Below, piece by piece: positions 9,972 through 20,429 of a stretch of DNA of 64,000 nucleotides. The translations under genes were made by a program, and so were the position numbers. The number at the start of each line of letters is the position of its first letter. Positions within the stretch are counted from its first letter, which is position 1. Under the pieces are notes generated by a model. The model searched no databases. It was not told where the DNA came from and saw nothing but the letters and a program-made list of their open reading frames with translations. Origin of the DNA: Phormidesmis sp. (GTDB lineage Bacteria > Cyanobacteriota > Cyanobacteriia > Leptolyngbyales > Leptolyngbyaceae); the NCBI GenBank assembly GCA_965248535.1, contig CBDFJR010000005.1, positions 2,016,001 to 2,080,000 on the forward strand. Reading direction: 5' to 3'.

Positions 9972-9991
9972 ACCCAAAAGAAACGTATGAA

Positions 9992-10960
9992 TTAATACAA
10001 ACGACTCAAAACATAATCAGCTAGTTTGATCAAAGCCTGACGCGACTCAGAGATCGGCAAGTCGGCTAGATGCGCGATCGCTGCCTTGGCGTGGTGAGCA
10101 GCCAGATCCCGCGATCGCTCAATGCCCCGACTGTCTTTGATCAACGCTAACGCCTGCTCTAAGTCACCGTCTTGGGCAAACTCTCGCTCAATCAAGACTT
10201 CTAGATAGGGTTTTTCTTCGAGGGCATAGAGAACGGGAGCCGTTAAATTGCCACTTTTGAGATCAGACCCCGCAGGTTTACCTAGGCTATCGGTCGAGCC
10301 TGTAAAATCTAAAATGTCGTCCACAATCTGAAACGCCAGCCCAAAATCGCGACCATAGCCATAGAGTTGCTGCGTCTGGGCTTCGGGTAAGTCACTGAGC
10401 ACAGCTGCCGCTTTGGCACTGTTGGCGATTAGAGAAGCCGTTTTGTAATAGCTTTTTTCAAGATAAGCCTCGATCGACGTGATAGAAAACCGATTTAGCC
10501 CTTGCTGAATCTCGCCTTCTGCAAAATCTTTGATCACTTCTGACAAAAGCTTGACCACCTGCAAATTGTCAAGATTAGCCAGATACCAAGACGATTGAGC
10601 AAATAAGAAATCTCCTGCCAGCACCGCAACTCGGCTACCAAAGTTGCTGTGGACGGTCGGAATCCCCCGGCGGACTTCTGACTCGTCTACGACATCATCA
10701 TGCACGAGGCTGGCTGTGTGAATCATCTCAGTGATTTCAGCGAGTCGTCGATGGCGTTCAGTCATGCCTTGATTGGGCATCGTTGCCCGTGCCACCAGGA
10801 AAACGATCGCGGGGCGCACCCGTTTCCCCCTGGCTCCAAAAAGGTGTTCTGCGGCAGCATAGAGGATCGGATGACGAGCACCAATTAACTGTTTGAGGTT
10901 CTCCGTCAGCACACAGAGGTCTGCTTCAACCGGGGAGAATAGGGAGGTTGCTGAGGTCAT
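9992..10960 (-). CDS. sds: Solanesyl diphosphate synthase
   Basis: GKRVRP, DDVVD and DDILD motifs; cyanobacterial MTSATSLF N-terminus. Confidence 0.96.
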   Translation of the reverse strand: MTSATSLFSPVEADLCVLTENLKQLIGARHPILYAAAEHLFGARGKRVRPAIVFLVARATMPNQGMTERHRRLAEITEMIHTASLVHDDVVDESEVRRGIPTVHSNFGSRVAVLAGDFLFAQSSWYLANLDNLQVVKLLSEVIKDFAEGEIQQGLNRFSITSIEAYLEKSYYKTASLIANSAKAAAVLSDLPEAQTQQLYGYGRDFGLAFQIVDDILDFTGSTDSLGKPAGSDLKSGNLTAPVLYALEEKPYLEVLIEREFAQDGDLEQALALIKDSRGIERSRDLAAHHAKAAIAHLADLPISESRQALIKLADYVLSRLY

Positions 10961-11625
10961 GAATAAGCCAGCGAAGGGGCGACATGGTTAAGAAACTTTA
11001 CAAGTCCTGACTTTATTTTAAGATAAGCACTGGATTCGTGGAATATCAAGGCAGAAAAAGTTTGAGAGATCCCGGTTCAATCAACAGACAGAGTGAATTA
11101 GACACCTATGAAGCGGATCACACTCCCTGAAATTTAGTTCAAATTTATTCGTGGGCAGGGTGAGTTTTGCGGGTCAAGTTTTGTTGGGGGTTTATTTTTT
11201 GAGAAATTTCTGGAATGTAGTCCCTCTCTGGCTTATGGAATCGCGAAACTTCAGAAAACGGCTTTAAGAAAGTACCCAAGTTGACAAATTGCTGTGTTAT
11301 GCTATCAGGTAAGCATTTCAAAAATTTCATACGCTTACTGCGATCGAAACCCTAGAGAGTTCCCGATGTCAGAGATGATTTAAGCTAATCGATCTCTCCT
11401 GACAGCGTTTGACCCTGAAAGTTTCAAGGTTTGACTGCCTAGGTCTAGAAAGTTGACTCTTGGTAGTCAGCCATTTTCTGTATTAAGCCGCGAAGTCGAG
11501 ATTCGTTTTGATGCGTTGCACTGACAGCGGGCCGATCGCGCACTGAGCGATCGGTGAATTTTTCGATGCCCCAATCCACCCCATTCGTTCCGATTCACAC
11601 GTTTATCTAGCGCCTCGATCGACCT

Positions 11626-11769
11626 ATGTTTTACCGTGATATTCCGCTCATTATTCCGGTGTTAGCTTCGGGCTATTTGCTAATTGTTTATTTGCTGCTA
11701 GCGCTGGCGCGACGCAGTGCCCCTGAGTCACATTTTGCATCGCGAGGGTCTCAAGGGTCACGCGATTAG
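11626..11769 (+). CDS. Small single-TM membrane protein (47 aa)
   Basis: MFYRDIPLIIPVLASGYLLIVYLLLALARRSAPESHFASRGSQGSRD*; below the ORF-track cutoff. Confidence 0.6.
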   Translation: MFYRDIPLIIPVLASGYLLIVYLLLALARRSAPESHFASRGSQGSRD

Positions 11770-11861
11770 TGCGTTGAGGCGAGCGGACTAGTAGTTCACC
11801 AATTCAACTTTGACTAGTACAAATCTTTGGCGATGATGCGATAGTCTTGGGCTTCCGACCC

Positions 11862-11916
11862 TTGGGGGCACGCCCCCAAACCCCCATTGGGGGACGGTTG
11901 CCTCCCCCAAACCCCC
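11862..11916. repeat. Tandem GGGGG/CCCCC hairpin repeat
   Basis: TTGGGGGCACGCCCCCAAACCCCC followed by TTGGGGGACGGTTGCCTCCCCCAAACCCCC. Confidence 0.7.
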
Positions 11917-11977
11917 TGCAAACGAGATCTTGGTTAGGTGGTTTGATATGACTTTTCAGAGTTAGTTTGGCGGACTA

Positions 11978-13039
11978 CTAGAGATGATCTGATTTTTCGA
12001 TCACTTCTCTGACTCGATAGATGGGTCTGCCCTGCGACTCGTGATAGGTTCTCATTGACAACTCAGCCAACAGCCCAAAGCTAAATAGCTGTAGCCCCGA
12101 CAAAACCAGCAAAACCGCCAAGATCAAGAGGGGACGTTGCCCAATGGTCTCCCCAAAGGCGAGTTTGACATAGGCTAAATAGAGACCTAGGGCGGTGCCT
12201 GAAATCAGTGCCAGCAGACCAAACCAGCCAAATACGTGCATGGGGCGAGTTAAAAACTTTCGCATGAAGAAGATCGTCAACAGATCCATAATCACGCGGA
12301 AGGTGCGGTCTAACCCATATTTGCTTTGCCCAAAGCGCCGAGCGTGATGGCGCACCGGAATCTCGGTGATTCTTGCGCCTTCAATAAAGGCCAAGGCGGG
12401 CAGAAATCGGTGCAACTCTCCGTAGAGATTCATGTCGGCAACCAGTTCGGCCCGGTAAGCTTTGAGTGAGCAGCCATAGTCATGAACGCGCACTCCGGTG
12501 ACCCGCGCAATGAGCCAATTGGCAATCTTAGAGGGCAAAACTCTCGTGAGAGACGCATCTTGCCGATTTTTGCGCCAACCGCTCACTAAGTCATAGCCCT
12601 CTTCAAGCTTTGCCATCAAAATCGGAATGTCTGCGGGGTCGTTTTGTAGGTCGCCGTCTAGGGTGATGATGATCTTGCCTGTGGCGTGGCCAAACCCGGC
12701 GGCGATCGCCGCTGTCTGTCCATAGTTACGGCGCAAAATCACGGCTCGTAGATCGGTGCGCGTTTGAGCCTGCTGTTTGAGCAGGGCATCAGAGCCATCT
12801 TGAGAGCCGTCGTCAACACAGATGATTTCGTAGTGAATCTGCTCGGCGATTAGACTGGCGGCGATCGCCTCTAACAAGAGAGGAATGCTCTCAACTTCGT
12901 TGTAGATGGGCACCACTACCGAGAGGTCTGGCGCTTGAGAAAGCCCGCGATCGGGGGCTGCTTGAATTCGGTTGGTCAGAGAGAGATTCATGCGTGGCGC
13001 GGCTCTAGAGATGCAGAACAGAAGAGAGCGATCAATCAC
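11978..13039 (-). CDS. GT2 glycosyltransferase (ArnC/Dpm1-like) with C-terminal TM helices
   Basis: VVVPIYNE, VDDGSQD, RNYGQTAA and DGDLQND motifs. Confidence 0.93.
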   Translation of the reverse strand: MIDRSLLFCISRAAPRMNLSLTNRIQAAPDRGLSQAPDLSVVVPIYNEVESIPLLLEAIAASLIAEQIHYEIICVDDGSQDGSDALLKQQAQTRTDLRAVILRRNYGQTAAIAAGFGHATGKIIITLDGDLQNDPADIPILMAKLEEGYDLVSGWRKNRQDASLTRVLPSKIANWLIARVTGVRVHDYGCSLKAYRAELVADMNLYGELHRFLPALAFIEGARITEIPVRHHARRFGQSKYGLDRTFRVIMDLLTIFFMRKFLTRPMHVFGWFGLLALISGTALGLYLAYVKLAFGETIGQRPLLILAVLLVLSGLQLFSFGLLAELSMRTYHESQGRPIYRVREVIEKSDHL

Positions 13040-13159
13040 TCAAACTTGAAGAGTCTAGCTTATCAGAAAGATCGCTTTGCAGAAGTCTCACGTCCGATCG
13101 GGCTGCTGACTCTGACCGCTCCCTGACGGATCTGGAATGTTCATCGAGTCTGCAATAAT

Positions 13160-13681
13160 GTGGCCATCCGCTTGGAAAGGTTCATGATCTCTAAAATTAG
13201 TTCGAGTCTCATAGTCGTGGGGCTGTTGAGTTACGGCACGATCGAGACTCCGTTAGCTCAGGCTGCGCCCCCGATCGCTCCATCCGTTGTCAAACCTAGC
13301 AACGTTCCCCCCGAAGCCGTATTGAACAAATTCTATGGTTATTTGCAGCAATATAAACTCTGGCTGGGCGACGATCGGGGCGCTTGTTCCTATGAGGTCG
13401 ATCCCGCCGGGGTGAAAAAGGACGGCAGCGATCGCTTCTTTCTAGCCAAAGTTTCGCGGGGTCGAGAGGGCACTGCCTGCCGAGGAGTCTTGGCCTTTGA
13501 GATCATGCAGGTAGATTGCAAAACCAAAACCCTCTATCAGTTTGTGCGCGAACAAAAGGAAGATATGCGGTTTGCCGGATGGGAGCGCTATGAGATGACG
13601 TTACATAATCCCAGCGATCGAGCAAGTAGCCCCACCAAAAATCAATCGGCTGAGGCGGTCAAAGCGATCTGCGCGCTGTAG
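13160..13681 (+). CDS. Hypothetical secreted protein
   Basis: Signal-peptide-like N-terminus (likely start MISK at 13184); four Cys. Confidence 0.75.
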   Translation: MAIRLERFMISKISSSLIVVGLLSYGTIETPLAQAAPPIAPSVVKPSNVPPEAVLNKFYGYLQQYKLWLGDDRGACSYEVDPAGVKKDGSDRFFLAKVSRGREGTACRGVLAFEIMQVDCKTKTLYQFVREQKEDMRFAGWERYEMTLHNPSDRASSPTKNQSAEAVKAICAL

Positions 13682-13706
13682 CTGTTGGAGTCATCTCAAA
13701 CCGTTT

Positions 13707-14351
13707 TTGGCTGGCGAACTTTGGCGGCGATCGTATCCCCGCAAAGATTTCTTGTGGCTTTTTGCAATTTGTCGTACCATTCTGGAAACTCTTCCTAACC
13801 CCAATAAAACGGTCTTTGGTGTGATGACCCATCCTGAATCCGTCAATTCTCAGACTGAAATTGACCCAGGCACCCCTCCGCCAATTTCGCCAGAAGTTTC
13901 AGAACCTGAACTGCGCCCTTGGGATGTCGGCGAGGCCGTCGTAGCGCTGCAAGAGTTGCTCAACGCCCACGGGTTTAGGCTCAGAGTAGACGGCGCATTT
14001 AACAGCCGCACCGAAGAAGCCGTCAGAGCTTACCAGTTTAAATATCGGCTGAGATTAGATTGCACCATTGATGCTAAAACCTGGGCGATGTTGAAGAGCA
14101 CTATTCAACCGGGCGCTCGGCTGCTGAGAGAAGGGTTGGCAGGGGCAGATGTCTACGAGCTTCAGGGATTGCTCAACGTCAACGGCTATCGCGTTCAGCG
14201 CCACGGCATTTTTGACGATGAAACGCGCAAGTGCGTTATTGCCTTTCAGCAACGGCACAAGCTGAGGGCAAATGGCAAAGTCGGAACCATTACCTGGACG
14301 CTGCTGCGAGGTAAGCCGCTGCCCCCACCTAAGCAACCCAACTGGGTTTGA
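13707..14351 (+). CDS. Peptidoglycan-binding domain protein (two PG_binding_1 repeats)
   Basis: GEAVVALQELL..DG.F...T..AV..YQ pattern twice; start likely MTHP. Confidence 0.88.
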   Translation: MAGELWRRSYPRKDFLWLFAICRTILETLPNPNKTVFGVMTHPESVNSQTEIDPGTPPPISPEVSEPELRPWDVGEAVVALQELLNAHGFRLRVDGAFNSRTEEAVRAYQFKYRLRLDCTIDAKTWAMLKSTIQPGARLLREGLAGADVYELQGLLNVNGYRVQRHGIFDDETRKCVIAFQQRHKLRANGKVGTITWTLLRGKPLPPPKQPNWV

Positions 14352-14357
14352 AGTCAA

Positions 14358-15848
14358 TCACTTGTCAATAAATACCCAAGCTTCACTCCAATCGTCGGGG
14401 ATGCCTTGCTCGATCAGAGATTCGACTCGTTCTAGATAGAGTTTTGCAGTTTTATCAGCCGGGTGAATGGCTAACACCTGCTCAAAACAAAGTTTGGCAT
14501 CGTTGATATCGCGATCGCGATAGCATTGAACGCCGCGATCGAAGTCAGGCTGAGTTTTTAGCTTCAGCGATCGCACCTCTTCAACTTCTGCATCCAAGAC
14601 TTCATAGACTGAGATTGCCTCATTGCGTCCTTTGACGATCGCCCGATCTAAAAAGCGAATCTGGTAGCGATCGGGGTTGCTGAGATGCTCTAGGGTTTGA
14701 CCCGAAATGATCATGGCAACGCCATAAAACTTGGTCAACCCCTCTAGCCGCGAGGTCAAATTGACGTTATCTGAAAACGCATCGCCCTGAATGCGGTTCG
14801 CTTCGCCGACCATGCCTAACATCATCTGCCCAACGTGAATGCCAATGCCCACCTGCACGGGCAAATTACCCCTCGCTGTGCGCTGCTGGTTATATTCTTG
14901 CACTCGCTTTTGCTTGGCCACTCCTGCGGCCACCGCATCATCGGCCCCATCAGGAAACACCGCCATCATGCCGTCACCCAAAAATTTGACGATGATGCCA
15001 TAGTGATTGCGAATCTCTGGGCTGACCCGCTTGAGGTAGGCATTGACAAAATCAAAATTTTCTCGCGGGGTCATCGTTTCTGACATGGTGGTGAACGATC
15101 GAATGTCGCTAAACATCACCGCCATCATTTTGCTAACATAATCGCCTAACTGCACCTCAGTCACGCTGTCTTTGCGAAGAAATTTGAGATATTCACCCGG
15201 AAAAAATCGCGCAAAAGAGTCATTTAATCGCTTTAATTCCTGTTCGCGAGTTTTCACCGTTTTGACCATTTGAGTAAACACGCGGGCGAGTTGTCCTAGC
15301 TCATCAGGACGATCGACGACATCACTCAAGCTCTCCGCCACAAAGGTGTCTTGCTCAACTGTCACCGCCGCATTGGTCAATTTATCCACCTGTTGAATAT
15401 AGAGCGCCTGGCGCTGGTTTTCGTCGCGCAGCATTGCCTCGGCTTCTTGGCGCTTGAGCAGATTGGTATAGGCTTTGGAGTGATAGCGAATGCGGGCGAG
15501 AAGCTCAACCCGATCGGGCAACTTGACCAGATAATCATTGGCTCCTAGCTCAAACGCTTGAGCTTTGATCACAGGCTCTTCTTTGCTCGACAGCACGATT
15601 AGCGGAATGTGATAGGTGGGGGCATCGTGCGATCGTAAAAACCGCACCAGCAGCAGCCCATCCATCTGGGGCATGACGAGATCTTGCAAAATCACCGTGG
15701 GCTGACACTCTCTAGCGATTTTGAGGGCTTGAGTGGGGTCGCTGCAATAGTGAAAGGTAATATCCGGTTCAGACCCTAGCATTCGCCGCACGGCTTCCCC
15801 GATCATGGATTGATCGTCAATCAGCAACACCGTGATCGCATCGTTCAT
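14358..15848 (-). CDS. WspR-type receiver fused to a class III adenylate cyclase
   Basis: REC (DDQSMIGEAVRR, LQDLVMP, ANDYLVKLPD), HAMP-like DELGQLARVF, cyclase FSDIRSFT/VKFLGDG/GDAFSDNVNLTSRLE, C-terminal TPR-like helices. Confidence 0.9.
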   Translation of the reverse strand: MNDAITVLLIDDQSMIGEAVRRMLGSEPDITFHYCSDPTQALKIARECQPTVILQDLVMPQMDGLLLVRFLRSHDAPTYHIPLIVLSSKEEPVIKAQAFELGANDYLVKLPDRVELLARIRYHSKAYTNLLKRQEAEAMLRDENQRQALYIQQVDKLTNAAVTVEQDTFVAESLSDVVDRPDELGQLARVFTQMVKTVKTREQELKRLNDSFARFFPGEYLKFLRKDSVTEVQLGDYVSKMMAVMFSDIRSFTTMSETMTPRENFDFVNAYLKRVSPEIRNHYGIIVKFLGDGMMAVFPDGADDAVAAGVAKQKRVQEYNQQRTARGNLPVQVGIGIHVGQMMLGMVGEANRIQGDAFSDNVNLTSRLEGLTKFYGVAMIISGQTLEHLSNPDRYQIRFLDRAIVKGRNEAISVYEVLDAEVEEVRSLKLKTQPDFDRGVQCYRDRDINDAKLCFEQVLAIHPADKTAKLYLERVESLIEQGIPDDWSEAWVFIDK

Positions 15849-15873
15849 GGCAAACCCGACAAGAGAATCCCGA

Positions 15874-16911
15874 TTAACGCCTGATGGCGGTGCGGTTTGT
15901 CAGCGTGGCGGCGATCGCTTCTGGGTTCAGCACTTCAACCGCCGCGTTTAGTTCAGCCGCCGCTCTAGGCATCCCATACACCGCGCAGCTTTCTTGGTCT
16001 TGAGCGATCGTGTGCCAGCCCAGATCTCTAAGCGATCGTAGCCCTTCGGCCCCATCTCGCCCCATGCCTGTCAGCAGCACGGCCGTGCCTTGAGTCGCCC
16101 AATAGTGAGCCACACTCTTAAAAAATACGTCGATCGACGGCCGATAGGGATAGTCAACAGGTTCTCTAACATAGTTCAGCGTTTGGTTAGACTGCAAACA
16201 GAGATGATCATTGGTGCAGGCTACCAAAACCACGCCCTTTTGAGGACGATCGCCCACTGCGGCTTTCTTGACGGTGAGGGGTGTTAGTTGATTAAGCCAG
16301 TCCACCATGCCGCCCGCAAACTGAGCATCGACGTGTTGAACGATGACGATCGCGGCTTCTAGATTGGCAGGCAAGCGAGACAAAATAATCGACAGCGCTT
16401 TGGGCCCGCCCGTCGAAGACCCGATCGCGATCAGAGGCAGTGACGATGACGAGGGCAGCGGCACCGTGGGAAGGCGCAGCGGAGTCGATAGCGACGGATT
16501 GGGCTTGCCCGCGATTTTAGCAATCATGGCAATTTTGCCAAGGAGAGCCAGAGCGCCTCCGGGAGTGCCCTGATCGCCCAAAACAGGAGTGTTGACGGCA
16601 TCAAGCGCGCCATAGCCCATCGCCTCAAAGACTTTTGCCGAGTTTTGCTCAATGCTCACCGTCACAATCAAAATCGCGCAGGGTGAGCGTTTCATAATTT
16701 GCCGAGTCGCCTCGACCCCATCCATCACGGGCATGATCAGATCCATCAAAATCAGGTCGGGGGTGTTTTTGGCACATTTGTCTACTGCCTCGGCCCCGTC
16801 TTTGGCGATCCACACAATCTGATGGTCAGCGATCGTCAACACCACTCGTCGCAGCGCCTCGATCGCGATAAACCTATCGTTAACGATTGCGATTTTCATA
16901 TCACTCACCAA
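15874..16911 (-). CDS. cheB: CheB/WspF methylesterase response regulator
   Basis: REC domain plus GSSTGGP, VQH, RPSID and GMGRDG motifs. Confidence 0.95.
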   Translation of the reverse strand: MVSDMKIAIVNDRFIAIEALRRVVLTIADHQIVWIAKDGAEAVDKCAKNTPDLILMDLIMPVMDGVEATRQIMKRSPCAILIVTVSIEQNSAKVFEAMGYGALDAVNTPVLGDQGTPGGALALLGKIAMIAKIAGKPNPSLSTPLRLPTVPLPSSSSLPLIAIGSSTGGPKALSIILSRLPANLEAAIVIVQHVDAQFAGGMVDWLNQLTPLTVKKAAVGDRPQKGVVLVACTNDHLCLQSNQTLNYVREPVDYPYRPSIDVFFKSVAHYWATQGTAVLLTGMGRDGAEGLRSLRDLGWHTIAQDQESCAVYGMPRAAAELNAAVEVLNPEAIAATLTNRTAIRR

Positions 16912-18652
16912 TCAAATCCACAACAGCCCGAATTAGCGTATCGTCGTGAAAGCTGCTTTTGGTTAAGTAGTAGTCTGCGCCAGCCTCTAGCCCTTGCACC
17001 CGATCGTCTTCGCGATCGCGATAAGACACCACAATCACCGGAGTCGCCCTCAGTCGAGGATGTTTTTTGATGGCCTTAATCAGTTCAATCCCGTTCATTC
17101 GCGGCATATCAACATCACTGATCACTAAATCATAAGGAGACGATCGTACCGCATTCCAGCCTTCCATTCCATCAACGGCAACGTCAACCAGATAGCCGCG
17201 ATTTTGCAGCAGCTTCCGCTCCATTTCTCGGACGGTGATCGAGTCGTCTACCACCAGCACTCGCCTTGGCTCTTTGCGAGGAGAAGGATTTAGAGTCAGG
17301 CTTTCAGACTGAGTTGCTGCGGACATGACTCTCGCGATCGTGCCCTCGTTGAGGAGAGTATTTGTCGATCGCACTAGATCAGACACATCGACAATCAACA
17401 CCAGCGACCCGTCGCCCATCAGGGCGGCCGCACTAATATCTTGCACTTTGCCGAGTCGAGCATCGAGCGGCCGCACCACCAGTTCTCGTTCTCCGAGGCA
17501 GCGATCGACCACTAGCCCATAGGTGTTGGTCTGATCGCTAATCACCACTACCCAAAGCGGGTCAGACAGCGACGAGGGCGGCGGCAAATCGAGCACTTGA
17601 TGGACAGGGATCAGACCAATATTTTTCTGATCAAGGGTGAAATATTGCCGCGTTTCGACCCCAAAAATCTCCGTAGGTTTAACCGCCACAATTTGATCAA
17701 TGCGCGCCAGAGGAAACGCATAGGACTCGCCCGATATCTCAACGAGCAGAGTCCGCACGACGGAGAGCGTTAGGGGCAGTTGAAAATAAAAGCTCAGTCC
17801 TTTGCCAGGTTGAGAGGTTGCCCGCACGGTGCCGCCCACTTCTTGAGCCATGCTTTGAGCAATGTCTAAACCCACGCCCCGCCCAGAAAGCTCAGTGACT
17901 TGTTTGGCCATTGAGAAGCCGGGGAGAAACAAAAACTCCATCAGTTCGGCTTCGGTTAGCTGGGCGGCGACATCGGGCCCCACTAACTTTTTGTCTACAA
18001 TTTGCTGGCGTAGTTTCATCGGTGCCAGACCTTTGCCATCATCGGCGATCGTGATTGATAACATTCCTCCCCGGTGCATCGCCTCTATGCGAATGGTGCC
18101 TGCGGCAGGTTTTCCGGCGGCGATGCGGTCTTCGGGCAGCTCGATGCCGTGGTCAACGGCGTTTCGCAACATATGGGTGAGGGGAGCTTCTAGCTTTTTG
18201 AGAATGTCGCGATCGACCGACGTAGATTTGCCCAAGATTTCTAGCTTGACTTGTTTTTGAGTCGTGCGGGCGAGATCACGCACCATGCGCGGAAACCCTT
18301 GCACCCCGTCTATAAACGGCCGCATATTGGACGTGATCACTTCTCGATAGAGCCGATCGGAGAGGTTTGCCGATCGCCGAATGAATTCTTCGAGTTCGAT
18401 CAAGCGATCGTTGAGTTGTCTTCGGCATTCTTGATCATGTTGCCGAGTTGCATCCAGCAGCGTTTGCATCGTTTGATCGGCTGAATTCATCAAAGCGTTT
18501 TGCTGCAATTTCTCCAAGTGTTTAGACAGCTTGAGTTGCTGAGATTTGAGCACCCCTAGCGCATCGGCAAACGGCGGCAGCCAATTGGCCTCGATCAGCG
18601 ATTCTCCGGCCAGCCCCATCATGCGATTGAGGTTGTCTGCACTGACTCTCAC
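16901..18652 (-). CDS. CheA/WspE hybrid kinase, C-terminal part (dimerisation, HATPase, CheW, REC)
   Basis: [22 protein letters not shown], CheW domain, C-terminal REC; out of frame with its Hpt part. Confidence 0.9.
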   Translation of the reverse strand: MRVSADNLNRMMGLAGESLIEANWLPPFADALGVLKSQQLKLSKHLEKLQQNALMNSADQTMQTLLDATRQHDQECRRQLNDRLIELEEFIRRSANLSDRLYREVITSNMRPFIDGVQGFPRMVRDLARTTQKQVKLEILGKSTSVDRDILKKLEAPLTHMLRNAVDHGIELPEDRIAAGKPAAGTIRIEAMHRGGMLSITIADDGKGLAPMKLRQQIVDKKLVGPDVAAQLTEAELMEFLFLPGFSMAKQVTELSGRGVGLDIAQSMAQEVGGTVRATSQPGKGLSFYFQLPLTLSVVRTLLVEISGESYAFPLARIDQIVAVKPTEIFGVETRQYFTLDQKNIGLIPVHQVLDLPPPSSLSDPLWVVVISDQTNTYGLVVDRCLGERELVVRPLDARLGKVQDISAAALMGDGSLVLIVDVSDLVRSTNTLLNEGTIARVMSAATQSESLTLNPSPRKEPRRVLVVDDSITVREMERKLLQNRGYLVDVAVDGMEGWNAVRSSPYDLVISDVDMPRMNGIELIKAIKKHPRLRATPVIVVSYRDREDDRVQGLEAGADYYLTKSSFHDDTLIRAVVDLIGE

Positions 18653-19707
18653 TACGCGGTCTTGAGACGCTGCCGAGCACTCAGATCAGCAGGACTTGAC
18701 TCGATCTCAGCCTTGGCTTCATGGGCGATCGCTGTCACAACCGCAGGCATGGGCGCGATCGCTTTGGGTGGCGCGATCGTTGCCTTTGGGTCGCGAATTG
18801 CCTCGATCGTGGCTCCTACTGAGGCAAAGTCTAAGTCATGGGCTGCTAGCCAAGAAGCTAACTCACCATCGCTCACCTGACCAAGATTTTGCAGCAGATC
18901 AACGCCTCGCAGCAGCACATCGACCCGATCGCCATCCAAGTCGATCGTGTGGTTTTGAGCGGCAACAAAGCAGTCTTCCATCGCGTGAGAGAGGTGAACT
19001 GCCGCATCTAAACCCACAATCCGAGCGGCCCCTTTGATCGAGTGAGCAGCGCGCATCAAGGCCTCCAACGCCTGAGCCGATTCGGGCTGAGTCTCCAATG
19101 CCAAAAGACCGTTATTTAAAAGAGCCGCCTGAGACTCAACTTCTAGCCGAAATAACTCCATCATTGAGCTATCTAAGAGCAGCGACGGCGGATTAGGTTT
19201 GGGATCTTCGGGGGGTGAGTCGGGCGTAGCGACTTCCTCCTTAGATGTCTGGAGACTTGAAGCGGTTTCTGCTCGGTCTTGTGGCGGTGGCAAGGTCGGA
19301 CTCTCACCCGCGATCGCGGCCTGCGTCTGAGCCACCTCTTCGGCATGGTCAAAGAGCCAGCGATCAAAGTCATCCCCCGTGGCTTGGCTCATCTTCACAA
19401 GCAGATCTCCGGCGTGGAGCAGCCGATCGATGAGCACGTCAGACAAAACCGTTGAGTCGTGCTGCACGGCCATCAATCTGGCTCTCATGGTCTCAGATAA
19501 GTCAGCGACCGCGTTGATTTCTATTAGCTGCGCCGAGCCAGCGATCGCGTGCAGCGATCGGATCGCCGTATCCAATTCACCGCCCAAAGAGGACTGCTGC
19601 TTTAAAATCGATAGACTCTGCTGAAGAGATTTGACCTGAGTCTCAACTTCTTGACGAAACAGATCCAGCATGGAGTAATCGCGCCTGGGGTCTCCACTGC
19701 TCATCAC
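18652..19707 (-). CDS. CheA/WspE N-terminal part (two Hpt domains)
   Basis: SLHAIAGSA and AAHSIKGAAR Hpt motifs; its TAG overlaps the next ORF's GTG. Confidence 0.88.
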   Translation of the reverse strand: MMSSGDPRRDYSMLDLFRQEVETQVKSLQQSLSILKQQSSLGGELDTAIRSLHAIAGSAQLIEINAVADLSETMRARLMAVQHDSTVLSDVLIDRLLHAGDLLVKMSQATGDDFDRWLFDHAEEVAQTQAAIAGESPTLPPPQDRAETASSLQTSKEEVATPDSPPEDPKPNPPSLLLDSSMMELFRLEVESQAALLNNGLLALETQPESAQALEALMRAAHSIKGAARIVGLDAAVHLSHAMEDCFVAAQNHTIDLDGDRVDVLLRGVDLLQNLGQVSDGELASWLAAHDLDFASVGATIEAIRDPKATIAPPKAIAPMPAVVTAIAHEAKAEIESSPADLSARQRLKTA

Positions 19708-20423
19708 AATAAGCTGCGCTCAAGGGCATAAAACAACAGGTCGGCATCTAGATAATTCACCTTTTTGGTTTGCCAGTCAATAATCCCTTGGGTGTAAGCC
19801 TGACTTGCCTGCGACACCACCACGGGCACCTCTTTTAACTCCTTCTCCTGCACCCGATGAATGCGATGCACTTCATCTACCGGAAACACCCACTTGCGAT
19901 CGTCGTGCCCCACCACCAACATTCGACTCAGCGCCGAGCGATCGTGAGCCGACTCTGCTTCACGGTCTAAGCCCAGCAACTGACTCAACGAGACCGTCAT
20001 CAAAATTTCGCCCCGAATGTTGGTCAGACCTAACAGCACATCGTTGCTGCGGTGGGGCAATCGGTGAATGGCACCGAGACGGGTGACCTCGTTAAGCACT
20101 CCCACAGGCAGCGCAAACTGCTCATCGCCGAGACGAAACAAAATCACAGATAGCGTGTCTTTTGACCCTCTAACGGTGTAGAGAGCGGGGTCACGGTCAG
20201 AAGTCTTGAGTGCCAACTCATCGGATGATGCCGCGATCGCCGCCGTCCACTCGTTGAGATAATCGAGCGGAATCTCTCGCTCTAGTAAACTGCGCCCCAC
20301 GGTGGCATAAACCGGGCAGTTGCGGCAGTGAATCACCGTCTCTAGCTGACTGCACGAGCGATCGCCCTTAACGCCAATTTGATTCCAGCAATCGTTGATC
20401 TCAGCAGACAGACTTGTCAGCAT
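19704..20423 (-). CDS. WspD-type CheW adaptor
   Basis: CWNQIGVKGDRSC..HCRNCPVY N-terminal motif plus CheW domain. Confidence 0.93.
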   Translation of the reverse strand: MLTSLSAEINDCWNQIGVKGDRSCSQLETVIHCRNCPVYATVGRSLLEREIPLDYLNEWTAAIAASSDELALKTSDRDPALYTVRGSKDTLSVILFRLGDEQFALPVGVLNEVTRLGAIHRLPHRSNDVLLGLTNIRGEILMTVSLSQLLGLDREAESAHDRSALSRMLVVGHDDRKWVFPVDEVHRIHRVQEKELKEVPVVVSQASQAYTQGIIDWQTKKVNYLDADLLFYALERSLL

Positions 20424-20429
20424 TGCACA

